A stretch of 64,000 nucleotides of DNA from Vulcanimicrobiota bacterium (GTDB taxonomy: Bacteria; Vulcanimicrobiota; Xenobia; Xenobiales; JADMJV01), in NCBI GenBank assembly GCA_050250895.1, contig JBFWNU010000001.1, forward strand, positions 1,640,008-1,704,007. The letters are read 5' to 3'. Under the pieces are notes generated by a model, which did no database searches, was not told the DNA's origin, and saw only the letters and a program-made list of their open reading frames with translations. A program made the translations under genes and the position numbers. Every line of letters begins with the position of its first letter. The first letter of the stretch is position 1. Of this stretch, positions 37,719-46,306 are shown piece after piece.

Positions 37719-39050
37719 TCATCCTCCGTCGCTGGAAGTGTTGCCGGGCCAGAAGTGGCGCAGCACCGCGTCGCCAAATCGCCGCATCGGCCAGGGGCGT
37801 GTCTGCTTGAGAAAGCGGGCCCAGTTGGGGGGCGCGCCCAGAGCCATGTGGTTGTCGGCGCAATAGCCGGGTTCGGCCAGGTGGATCGAGATACCGCTGG
37901 CAAAGCCGCGATGTTGGTGGTCGGTGCGCTGGGCCACCACGGTTTGCTCGAGCACCTGGCGGGTGGCCTCGACCGCCTGTTTGACCGCCGGGTCGGTGCA
38001 GTGCCAGTCGAGCTGCTGGAGCACTTCGCCGAGGTCACGAAGCTTGACCAGCGGGTTGAAGACGGCCCCCAGGGGACCGGGCGCCTGGGCCAGCGGGGTG
38101 GTGGCGGCCAGGGCGTCGAGGATCTGGCTGCGATGGCCGTTCTCGAGGGCCTGCCCGAGCGCCTCGCCGAGATTGTCGACTCGACCGGCCAGCAGGGGGA
38201 TGTGGTGGGTGTCGATGGCCGACAGCGGGCCGGAACGACCGCCGGCCAGCTGGACCAGCTTCTGGGCCGACTGGCGCGGGTCATCGCCCAGGGCTTTGGC
38301 CAGGCTGCCCGAGGGTAGCCCCGTGACGTTCATCAGGTCTTCTGAGGCGACGATGAATCGAGCCGTGGGAGCCAGATGCTGGAGCACTTCCAGGCTGGCC
38401 CCGCGACACTGCTCGAGCAACAGCAACTCGACCTTCTTACCGCGCTGGTCGCGCAGGGCCAGCAGCCCTTCGGTGACCGTATTCTTGGCCACGCCGCCAT
38501 AGTGGGTCGGGCCGCCGTGGCCAGCCAGATTCACGGCCAGAAACCGCGAGGGAAACTGGCGCGCCTTGTCGGTCAGGTTCTCGACCAACTGGGCAGTGCT
38601 CGGCTGCCGGGTCTGGTCGCTCGCTTCGAGCAGTTGCCCGTCGCCGAGATTGTAGGTTCGGGTGCCGCGCCAGTCGGGTTGCTGACCCACGTCGCGATGA
38701 AGATTGGCCCGGCCCAACTCGTTGAGCCCGCTCAAGGCCAACACCGGCGAGAAGAGGGCACCGAGCAATAGCGGGGGCCAGAGCAGGGCAGCCGCCGGAA
38801 TGGCCACCGCCCCCGCCAGTTGAGCCGCCCCCAGGGCTCGGGTCAACCACTTGTTGCTCGGTTTGCGACGCACCTGGGCCACCAGGTGGTGGTCGGCGGC
38901 ACCTGCCTCGAACGAATCGCCAAGCTTGCGCATAGCCCACGGTTCGGTATCGACGTGGGTGGCGTCGACCTGACTTAGGACCGTCCATGGCTTGGTTTGG
39001 GCCACCTTGCCCGGGGTTACCTGCCCGGGCAAAATACGACCAGGATTCAT
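37719..39050 (-). CDS. membrane-anchored clostripain-related (C11) cysteine peptidase
   Basis: LAGHGG and LLLEQCRGASLEV...FIVASED His/Cys dyad motifs; SGISIHL; N-terminal hydrophobic hairpin. Confidence 0.7.
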   Translation of the reverse strand: MNPGRILPGQVTPGKVAQTKPWTVLSQVDATHVDTEPWAMRKLGDSFEAGAADHHLVAQVRRKPSNKWLTRALGAAQLAGAVAIPAAALLWPPLLLGALFSPVLALSGLNELGRANLHRDVGQQPDWRGTRTYNLGDGQLLEASDQTRQPSTAQLVENLTDKARQFPSRFLAVNLAGHGGPTHYGGVAKNTVTEGLLALRDQRGKKVELLLLEQCRGASLEVLQHLAPTARFIVASEDLMNVTGLPSGSLAKALGDDPRQSAQKLVQLAGGRSGPLSAIDTHHIPLLAGRVDNLGEALGQALENGHRSQILDALAATTPLAQAPGPLGAVFNPLVKLRDLGEVLQQLDWHCTDPAVKQAVEATRQVLEQTVVAQRTDHQHRGFASGISIHLAEPGYCADNHMALGAPPNWARFLKQTRPWPMRRFGDAVLRHFWPGNTSSDGG

Positions 39051-39091
39051 CCCTGACTAATTGGCTACCGAGGTTCTGGAATCATTCTGCC

Positions 39092-40513
39092 TCAGGCTCG
39101 AAGCGCACAGTTCTTGACCGCCTCCATCAGGCTCGAAGGCGAGTCTGGGTGGGCATCAAACCAGGCCAGGAAGGCTTGCTCGAACATCTCGGCGGCCGTT
39201 TCTCCGGGCAGGGCCTCCAACTGAGCGATCAGTTCTTGTTGGCTCCTTACGCCCCGCGAGTCGTTTTGCGCGGCCAGGTCACCGCGAGCCACGGTTAGAA
39301 TCGCTTCGCGAGGGATGGACGCCCCTTTGCCGACCCCCTGGGCCGGCTTGTTAAAGGCCTCGATGATGGTACTTTCGTTAAGAGTAATCGAGTTCGGAAT
39401 CCAGCTTCTGTTGCTCTGAGCCTCGCGAAGAGTGTCGTCCAGCCTCTGGCTGCCCAAACAGGCCGCCCCCAGGCCGGCCATCGCTCCCAAGATTCCAACG
39501 AGCATGGCCCCCTCGGGCGGCACCACCAGGCAGATTCCTAGGGTTGCCCCTGCGGTCGCGGCCATCCCCAGACAGGTTGCGACGGTATTGCCCGCTCTGA
39601 CGCTTCGGGCCCAGCGCTGCTCGCTCTGGTTGAGGGGAGTAAAGCCGAAGTCAGAATAGGCGTCCCGGCATCGCCGAGTCACCTCCAGCAAGGTATCGCC
39701 TTCTACGTGCGTCACCGCCTGAGAGAGTTTTCGGTAGAATTTCGCTCGCTCGTGATCGAGGTTTTCCACCGCCAGAGCAGAGTGGGCCTGGAGGTGCTTC
39801 ACCACCTCCATCCGAGGCGCGGTAAGAGCGGTCAAGGCCGGCGTCATCGGCTTGCCGGCCATCTCCAGGGTCGCCTGGATGCGTTGCTTGTCGTCGGCAG
39901 CCAGCGAGAACGACGAGGCCTGTTGGGTCAGTCGCTCGCCAATCGAAGGCGGAAGACGGCGAAAGTCGGGGTCCAGGCGAAGAAGACTGGCCATGAAGAC
40001 AGGGTCGTCGCAAGAGGTCAACTCGGGCATCGTCACCTTCAGGTCGACCGAGCCGTCGGCATAGGCCCGGGAATAGAGCGTGTCGAGCCCAGACTCGAGA
40101 TAGACCTTGCGGGTGGCCTCGGGTTCGTCTTGCGAGCCCAATACCAGATCGTAGGCGGCTTTGCCTAGTGCGCCGAGAGTCACCTCGGGTTGGGCCATGT
40201 GCTTGAGGGCCACCAAACCACCTCGGAGCGCCGCCGACTGTCGCGTCGACGAGCCGATCTCGGCTGCCTTGCGCTGCAGGCTTCGCAAGGCTCGTCTCTG
40301 TCCGCGCGTCAGGTCGAGGTTGCGGCTGGCGTTCTCGAGAGCGAGCACAGCGCTGGCTGGCTTCTTTAGGGCCAGTTCGATCCAGCCTTCCAGTTGTCGG
40401 TCGAGCGGGGAGAACTGGATGTCGACCACATCCTGGACGGTAGCCGTCTGGCTGCTCGAGGCCCGAGACGCGGTCGTTCGAATTGGGGGCGAGGCTTGAT
40501 TGGAAATGAGCAT
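39092..40513 (-). CDS. hypothetical protein with C-terminal TM hairpin
   Basis: ATG 40513 with AAAGGAG RBS; low-complexity N-terminus; two TM. Confidence 0.7.
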   Translation of the reverse strand: MLISNQASPPIRTTASRASSSQTATVQDVVDIQFSPLDRQLEGWIELALKKPASAVLALENASRNLDLTRGQRRALRSLQRKAAEIGSSTRQSAALRGGLVALKHMAQPEVTLGALGKAAYDLVLGSQDEPEATRKVYLESGLDTLYSRAYADGSVDLKVTMPELTSCDDPVFMASLLRLDPDFRRLPPSIGERLTQQASSFSLAADDKQRIQATLEMAGKPMTPALTALTAPRMEVVKHLQAHSALAVENLDHERAKFYRKLSQAVTHVEGDTLLEVTRRCRDAYSDFGFTPLNQSEQRWARSVRAGNTVATCLGMAATAGATLGICLVVPPEGAMLVGILGAMAGLGAACLGSQRLDDTLREAQSNRSWIPNSITLNESTIIEAFNKPAQGVGKGASIPREAILTVARGDLAAQNDSRGVRSQQELIAQLEALPGETAAEMFEQAFLAWFDAHPDSPSSLMEAVKNCALRA

Positions 40514-40709
40514 GAGGATTCTCCTTTGTTGCCAGGCTACCGGGTAGCGGAAAACCAGGAGCAAAATCGAGGGGCCAGCCATGTAAAAAGGATGTTACCG
40601 AACCATCGAGATGACTCGCACAACCCCGGTGAGCCGGTCCCGAAGCTTCCTTGTCTTTCGCTTTGACCGTGCCTTCCTGTTCACCATCGAGGCCGAATCC
40701 GAAGGTCGG

Positions 40710-41321
40710 CTAGACCCAGCGCAAGACCGTCTCGAGGCTCTTGCGTGAGGTCGGTCGGGGCTCTTCGGCCGCATATCCCAGGGCCACCAACAGGGCCATC
40801 TGCCAGCCGTTCGGTATGCCCAGCCTGGCCTCGATGCGGTCGGCCGCCAGTAACGGGCCCGTCATACAGGTGGCTCCAAGGCCTCGGGCATGGGCGGCCA
40901 GCAACAAGTTCTGCACGGCCAGAGAAGTGCTGGCCAACCCGGAGTACAGTTCGAGACGCTCGATGGTCTGGCTGGGCTCGATCATTTGCGATAACAGCGT
41001 CAGAGGGCGAAAGGCCGGCACGATGACCACCGGAGCCTCGCGAAAGCGTACGAAATAGTCACCGTAGCGGGTGAAGGCAGGTAGTTCCTCAGGCGGCAAA
41101 ACCGCCTGCACCTCGGCCACCGCCTCCTGGACTGCCTGGGCCAGCTCGTCGATGAGCTCGGGTCGGTCGGTGACGAAGAAACGCCACGGCTGATTGTTGC
41201 TGGCCGAGGGAGCAGTGATGGCAAGCTCGAGCAGCTCTTCGACCAAAGACCGTTCGGGCCGGCGCTGGCTAAATCGCCTGACCGTGCGGCGGGTCCGCAT
41301 CACCATTTCCCAGTCGCTCAC
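40710..41321 (-). CDS. nitroreductase family flavoprotein
   Basis: RRTVRRF, APSASNNQPWRF, QNLLLAAHARGLG. Confidence 0.93.
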   Translation of the reverse strand: MSDWEMVMRTRRTVRRFSQRRPERSLVEELLELAITAPSASNNQPWRFFVTDRPELIDELAQAVQEAVAEVQAVLPPEELPAFTRYGDYFVRFREAPVVIVPAFRPLTLLSQMIEPSQTIERLELYSGLASTSLAVQNLLLAAHARGLGATCMTGPLLAADRIEARLGIPNGWQMALLVALGYAAEEPRPTSRKSLETVLRWV

Positions 41322-41469
41322 GGCCAGCGGTTCGCGACTGGGCGCTTTCAGTCTTTCTTAAGCCTGGCGGGCTAGATTCAGGACAAGACCATGGGACCGT
41401 TGCCGGAAGTTCCACGCCATCTTCCTCCGGCACGCGCAGGGGGTCGACCCCAGACGAAAGGCGTGGAAA

Positions 41470-42438
41470 GTGAAAGTCCAACCCCTCACCAAACAACAGG
41501 CCGTCGGCCGATTGCAATCCGAAGAAGCCCAATTCTTGCGGGATAATCGCATGGACCGGGCCACCGCCATGATCGAGGCCCGGGAGACCCTGGAGCGGGG
41601 AAAAGGCGATGACCTGTGGGAGATCTACACTCAGGCCCGCCAGGACGAAGCCCGTTGGGAACGCGTGGTAGGGATGATTGTGCCCAAAGAGCGCACCGAC
41701 GGTGAAAAGGCGAAGACCTTTATCGGCCTGAGTGCTGGCGGCGTCGCCGTCGGGGTGGCCGGCCATTATCTGCGCACGGGCGACCTGGGTCAAGCTCTGG
41801 CCCTGGGTGGGGCTGCCTCGTTCCTCTGTCTGACGGATGCGCTTTTTCTGGCCATCGGGGCCGACACCGGCGTGGACTTGACCCGGACCCTCGGGGCGAT
41901 CAATGCCACCGCAGTGATTGCGGGCATGACCGCCAATCATTGGCTGCCCGCCTTGCTCGCCGGGGGAGCCACCCTGACGCTGGCAACCACCGTCGGGTCG
42001 GTGGCCGCTCATCAGGCCGGCAAGAATCGACAGATCCAGCAAGTCATCACCGACAATCGGCAACTCTTCGAAGCCCCCTCGAGCCCCTCGACTCAACTGG
42101 GCTCGGCCATCACCAAGAGGCACATCCTGGAGACGCTGGCCAAGCTCAGCACCAAATCCAGGGAAGAGGGAGACTATCAGGGGGCGATGGATGCTCGTGA
42201 GGACATGCAGCGTCTCGCCAACTTGAAGGGTGACACCTATCACGACATGTTTCTGGGCACCCGCGGCGACGAGCGCGGACGGAAGCTGCTCACTCGCTAC
42301 GCCGATGCGATCCTGGATGACGCTCGCAACCGCGAAGAGATCCAGGCGCTTCTTCAGGGGGATCAGGCGGGCACGCAGCTGCTGATCGAAGAGGATGCGA
42401 TCGAGGTGGGGGACCAGCATCTGCCGGTCTCGTCTTGA
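41470..42438 (+). CDS. hypothetical membrane protein
   Basis: Central Gly/Ala-rich TM block; coding-like frame. Confidence 0.7.
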   Translation: MKVQPLTKQQAVGRLQSEEAQFLRDNRMDRATAMIEARETLERGKGDDLWEIYTQARQDEARWERVVGMIVPKERTDGEKAKTFIGLSAGGVAVGVAGHYLRTGDLGQALALGGAASFLCLTDALFLAIGADTGVDLTRTLGAINATAVIAGMTANHWLPALLAGGATLTLATTVGSVAAHQAGKNRQIQQVITDNRQLFEAPSSPSTQLGSAITKRHILETLAKLSTKSREEGDYQGAMDAREDMQRLANLKGDTYHDMFLGTRGDERGRKLLTRYADAILDDARNREEIQALLQGDQAGTQLLIEEDAIEVGDQHLPVSS

Positions 42439-42484
42439 TGGAGCCCCGGGAAGACATGAACTCCTGGCGGCGAAGTGTAGCTTT

Positions 42485-44560
42485 ATGCGACGAGGCCTGA
42501 GCCTGCTAGAGATCGTGGTCGCCACCGCCCTGCTGCTGGTGGCGGCCGGTCTATTCTTGCTGAACACCCGGCCGGCTACCTCGAAAGCAGGCGCGCGGTC
42601 CCTGGCTCAGTTGGTGGCCGAAGAGCTGCGTCGGGCCCGCCAACTGGCCATTAGCCAGGGCCAACCCGTGGCCGTTTGCTTTCCCAGCGATGAAGACCGG
42701 TTTAGCCATTGCCACAGTCTCTACGTGTTGCGCGGTTGGGACCAGCCTCGGATCGAACGGCGGCGCGACTTCTCGCAAGAGTTCAAGGGGGTGGCCCTGT
42801 TCAACGGCCGCTGGCCCTCCACCCCGCCGATGACGGTAGCGGCACCGGCCACGGAGAAGTTTCCTGGCTTTGATGTCGCGGTCTGGTTGGGTGGGTCAGC
42901 CAGCGACTTCTGCTATGTCTTTTTGCCCGACGGCAGCGTGACCAGTAACGGCCTGCCCTCGTTTGACCAGGCCTTCCACCTGGTGTCGGCCCACGGCCTG
43001 CGTTATGCCGGGGCAACTGGTTCGTCGCCCATTGTGCGCCAACTGGAAGGAACCGGTGAGGCCTACACGGTGTCGGTCAGCTTTTCAGGAGCCGTCGAGA
43101 TGAACACCGGAGTGACCGGCTCGGCTCTGACCGCCACGGTCGAGTTGAATGGCGAGCCAGGCGCCGCCTTGATAGACGAGGACGGCCCCTTTACGGGTAA
43201 TGTCACCATCCGCGAGGTCACGGTGTTGTCGGCCTCGCGAGTCGAGACCTTGCCCTCGGGCGTCTCTGCCACGTTAGGTCCCAACGAGTATCTCGAACTC
43301 GGGGTGTTGGCCTCGGCCGACCAGGGCGGCGAACTGTATTGCGAGTGGACCAGCCGCGGGGGCGGCACCTTCAGCTATCCCGGTCGCACCCGCATGCGTT
43401 GGGACGCCGAGGCGGGTGGTTGGCGTTCTGATTGGGTCTGGCGCCCGTCGCTGGATTCGGCCGACGGCCAGGTCTTCGAGTTGACCTGCGAGGTCGAGGA
43501 GGCTACCAGTGGCGTCACGGTCCAGACGCGCGACGCCGACTTTCCCAACGGTAGCAATCAGGTTCAGGTCGTGCGCCAGGGTCAGGTTCTATTCGAGAAG
43601 GACTTGGCCGGTCGGCGCCAGATCTTTCTGCGTAACCTCGACGGCAACTACGAGCAACACCTGATCACCAGCCAGGCTAATGACCGCCAACCCCAGGCCT
43701 CGGCCGATGGCTCGCGCATCGCTTTTCGTTCCGACCGAGCCGGCACCTACGACATCTATGGGACCAGTTTCGAAGCGGCCGGATTGGCGGGGGATACCCA
43801 GCGGCCCCAGGCCGAACGGGTGGGTCGTCTGGTGCGCATCTCGAATAGCCCCGGCATCGAGACCGTCCCCACCATCTCGCCAGCCGGCGACCGGGTGGCC
43901 TGGAAATGGGTGGACGCGGTAGGCGGGCTGAATCTTTGTCTGCGCCGCTGGGACGGGGGACCTCCCAGCGGGAACTACGTGGTCACCGCCCTGGGGCGTC
44001 CCTCGGTGCTCGAAGACAGATTGTGTTGGACCGCCGACGGGCGCAATCTACTGTTTGACGGACGACCGCCGGGTAGCACCGACGCGGTGCCCCTGCGAGC
44101 AGTCATTCGCAAACTGGCCAACGTGCCCTCGGGTCCGGTGGTCCAGAACCTGGCAGCCAACGGCGATCCCACTCGTGACGTCAACGACCCCGGTAGCAAC
44201 AACCAGAGTCCTCACCTGACCCGGGACGGCAACTGGTTGTTTTTTGCCTCCGATCGGGGGCGGCCCGAGAACGACCTGCGAATCTATCGGGTGCGCTGGA
44301 ATCCGGCCACCAACGATGTGGCCCAACAGGGCGTCGACGCTCTGGGCAACCCCGTCTTCCACGCTCCCCAGGTGATCACGTTTTCGGGACCGAGCGGCGC
44401 GCTGAGCTTGCCGACCACGAATACCGATGGATCGTTGTTGTTCGTGACCGAGATCGCGGGTAGTGAGCACCGCCTCTGGCGGGTGGAGTTGGCCTCGGGT
44501 CAGGCCGTCTCCTTGACCGACTCGGGCGAGTTGGAGGCCAACCCCAGTTGGACGCCTTGA
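42485..44560 (+). CDS. large FimT/GspH-like pseudopilin with TolB/PD40 beta-propeller
   Basis: MRRG^LSLLEIVV prepilin motif; FLPDGSV; SADGSRIAFRSDRAG, DGNWLFFASDR, NPSWTP repeats. Confidence 0.8.
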   Translation: MRRGLSLLEIVVATALLLVAAGLFLLNTRPATSKAGARSLAQLVAEELRRARQLAISQGQPVAVCFPSDEDRFSHCHSLYVLRGWDQPRIERRRDFSQEFKGVALFNGRWPSTPPMTVAAPATEKFPGFDVAVWLGGSASDFCYVFLPDGSVTSNGLPSFDQAFHLVSAHGLRYAGATGSSPIVRQLEGTGEAYTVSVSFSGAVEMNTGVTGSALTATVELNGEPGAALIDEDGPFTGNVTIREVTVLSASRVETLPSGVSATLGPNEYLELGVLASADQGGELYCEWTSRGGGTFSYPGRTRMRWDAEAGGWRSDWVWRPSLDSADGQVFELTCEVEEATSGVTVQTRDADFPNGSNQVQVVRQGQVLFEKDLAGRRQIFLRNLDGNYEQHLITSQANDRQPQASADGSRIAFRSDRAGTYDIYGTSFEAAGLAGDTQRPQAERVGRLVRISNSPGIETVPTISPAGDRVAWKWVDAVGGLNLCLRRWDGGPPSGNYVVTALGRPSVLEDRLCWTADGRNLLFDGRPPGSTDAVPLRAVIRKLANVPSGPVVQNLAANGDPTRDVNDPGSNNQSPHLTRDGNWLFFASDRGRPENDLRIYRVRWNPATNDVAQQGVDALGNPVFHAPQVITFSGPSGALSLPTTNTDGSLLFVTEIAGSEHRLWRVELASGQAVSLTDSGELEANPSWTP

Positions 44561-45327
44561 AGCGAGGCTATTCGCTGGCCGAGTCGGTCATCGGGATGTT
44601 GATTTTGCTGGCCGGCTTTGTGGTCATGGTGCGGCTCTACGACGCCGCTTTGCGCCAGGCCGCCGCCACCGAACGCCAGGCCCTGGCCACCGTCATCGCC
44701 GAGCGGGAACTCGAACGGATCAAGACCTGGTCCCAGGACGAGCACGCCGGGGGACGCGCTTTTTCAGACTGGAGCGGGGTAACCGGCACGCACCAGGCCG
44801 ATGGGTACTCGGACTTCGAGGTCGAAGTGCAGGTCTTTCCCGTCGAACTGGCCGTGCCTTCGAGCCAACTCGAGTCGGGGCTTGGGCCACTGCAAAAGAG
44901 GCTCGACGCTTCGGTGGCTCGAGTCGAGGTCGAGGTGCGCCACCGTGAGGGCTCCTTGCGGCTGGCCGGGCTCCTGACCGAGCCCCGGCGAACCAATCCG
45001 GTGGTCACGGTCACCCCGGTAGGAGGCGGCTCGCTGCCGCTGGCCCGCGACGGCGCGCTCGAATTCGAAGCCAGCGCGTTCGCCGACGGGGGACCGCTCG
45101 AGGATGTGGCTTTCGGTTGGAAGGTGACCGGGGTCGGCAACGGCACCCTCGAACTGCTGGACCGGTCTGGCCGACGAGTGCGCTTTCGCAACCGCATCGA
45201 GATTCCGGGCCAGGGGGTCACCTATTCGACCCAGACCAGCCCCGGCGCGACCTGCCGCGTGGAAGCTCGCGTCGTCTATTACGGAGAGGAGGTCTCGGGC
45301 CAATCCGACGCCTTCGAACTACAGTAG
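44557..45327 (+). CDS. PilV/GspI-like minor pseudopilin
   Basis: MKRG^YSLAESVIG prepilin motif; TTGA overlap with the previous stop. Confidence 0.75.
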   Translation: MKRGYSLAESVIGMLILLAGFVVMVRLYDAALRQAAATERQALATVIAERELERIKTWSQDEHAGGRAFSDWSGVTGTHQADGYSDFEVEVQVFPVELAVPSSQLESGLGPLQKRLDASVARVEVEVRHREGSLRLAGLLTEPRRTNPVVTVTPVGGGSLPLARDGALEFEASAFADGGPLEDVAFGWKVTGVGNGTLELLDRSGRRVRFRNRIEIPGQGVTYSTQTSPGATCRVEARVVYYGEEVSGQSDAFELQ

Positions 45328-45815
45328 GCGCGAGCCTGGCCGAGGCCGTCATCACCCTGTTCCTGGTAGCGGTGGTGCTGGGGGCGGTAGCTCGCTTGCT
45401 GACGCTCTCGCACGAGGCGGTCGAGCATCTGGCCAAGAAGGATCGCACCACGGTGGCGGCCCAACAGGCTCTGAGCGGTCTTCTAGGCGAAGCGCGAGAA
45501 GGGTTGAGCTGGGTCCCCCATCCCGAGGATGCTCGGGGACTGGCCTTCGAGAAGGTCGACCCCGCGGCCGACCTGTTTGATCCGACCGGCTCGCTGCCCT
45601 GGCCGCCGGCCAGCGCCAGGCTGGTGGTTGGCTATCATCTCGAGTCGGGCCGCCTGATTCGCACCGCCGGGGCCACTCGCCAGACGCTAGCCACGGGTCT
45701 GGCTGGGTTCGAGTGGTCGCATGACCGAGCTCAGGTGCTCAGGGTCCGCCTGAGTGTGGAAGAGTCCAAGAAGGTCATGGTGCTCGAGTCGGAGGTTCGA
45801 TGCCCCCTTCAGTGA
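45303..45815 (+). CDS. PilW/GspJ-like minor pseudopilin (start uncertain)
   Basis: VG^ASLAEAVITLFLV prepilin motif; no ATG/GTG/TTG near it, ATC 45303 suggested. Confidence 0.65.
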   Translation: MRRLRTTVGASLAEAVITLFLVAVVLGAVARLLTLSHEAVEHLAKKDRTTVAAQQALSGLLGEAREGLSWVPHPEDARGLAFEKVDPAADLFDPTGSLPWPPASARLVVGYHLESGRLIRTAGATRQTLATGLAGFEWSHDRAQVLRVRLSVEESKKVMVLESEVRCPLQ

Positions 45816-46306
45816 CAAAGCGCGGAGTGGTCATCGTGCTGGTTCTGTTCACGCTGGCGGTGTTGCTACTGTCCGGCTTGGGCCTGCTCGGCAGCCGAGC
45901 TTTGCGCCAGGCTGCTACCCGCCAACAGCAAGAGGCGGTGCAGGCCGCCTGGCTGGCCCAGGCCGGTCTCGAGGATGCCCGGGTCAAATTGGCTAAGCGC
46001 CTGGATTTTCCGCCGCCGGGCGCCATGGACCAGACATTCTATAGCTATTCCGAGCGACTGGTGGATTCGCGGGGAGCCGAGGTCGGGCACTACCTGGTGA
46101 CCCTCGATTCTACTCAGTTGCACGAGCCGTTCTATCTCTTGCGGCTCACCAGTGAAGGCATGGTAGGGCCACGGCAGAGCCCGCGGGCCAGCCGAGTCAT
46201 CACGGCCACGCTCGACCTGCGCGGCGACGACCGTTTCGGTGACGGCCTACCGACTTCGCCCCGCCTGTTCCAATGGGTTGATTGGAACGACGGCGGGATT
46301 CTCTAG
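45800..46306 (+). CDS. PilX/GspK-like minor pseudopilin
   Basis: KRG^VVIVLVL (no Glu5), AAWLAQAGLEDA, LTSEG motif. Confidence 0.75.
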   Translation: MPPSVTKRGVVIVLVLFTLAVLLLSGLGLLGSRALRQAATRQQQEAVQAAWLAQAGLEDARVKLAKRLDFPPPGAMDQTFYSYSERLVDSRGAEVGHYLVTLDSTQLHEPFYLLRLTSEGMVGPRQSPRASRVITATLDLRGDDRFGDGLPTSPRLFQWVDWNDGGIL

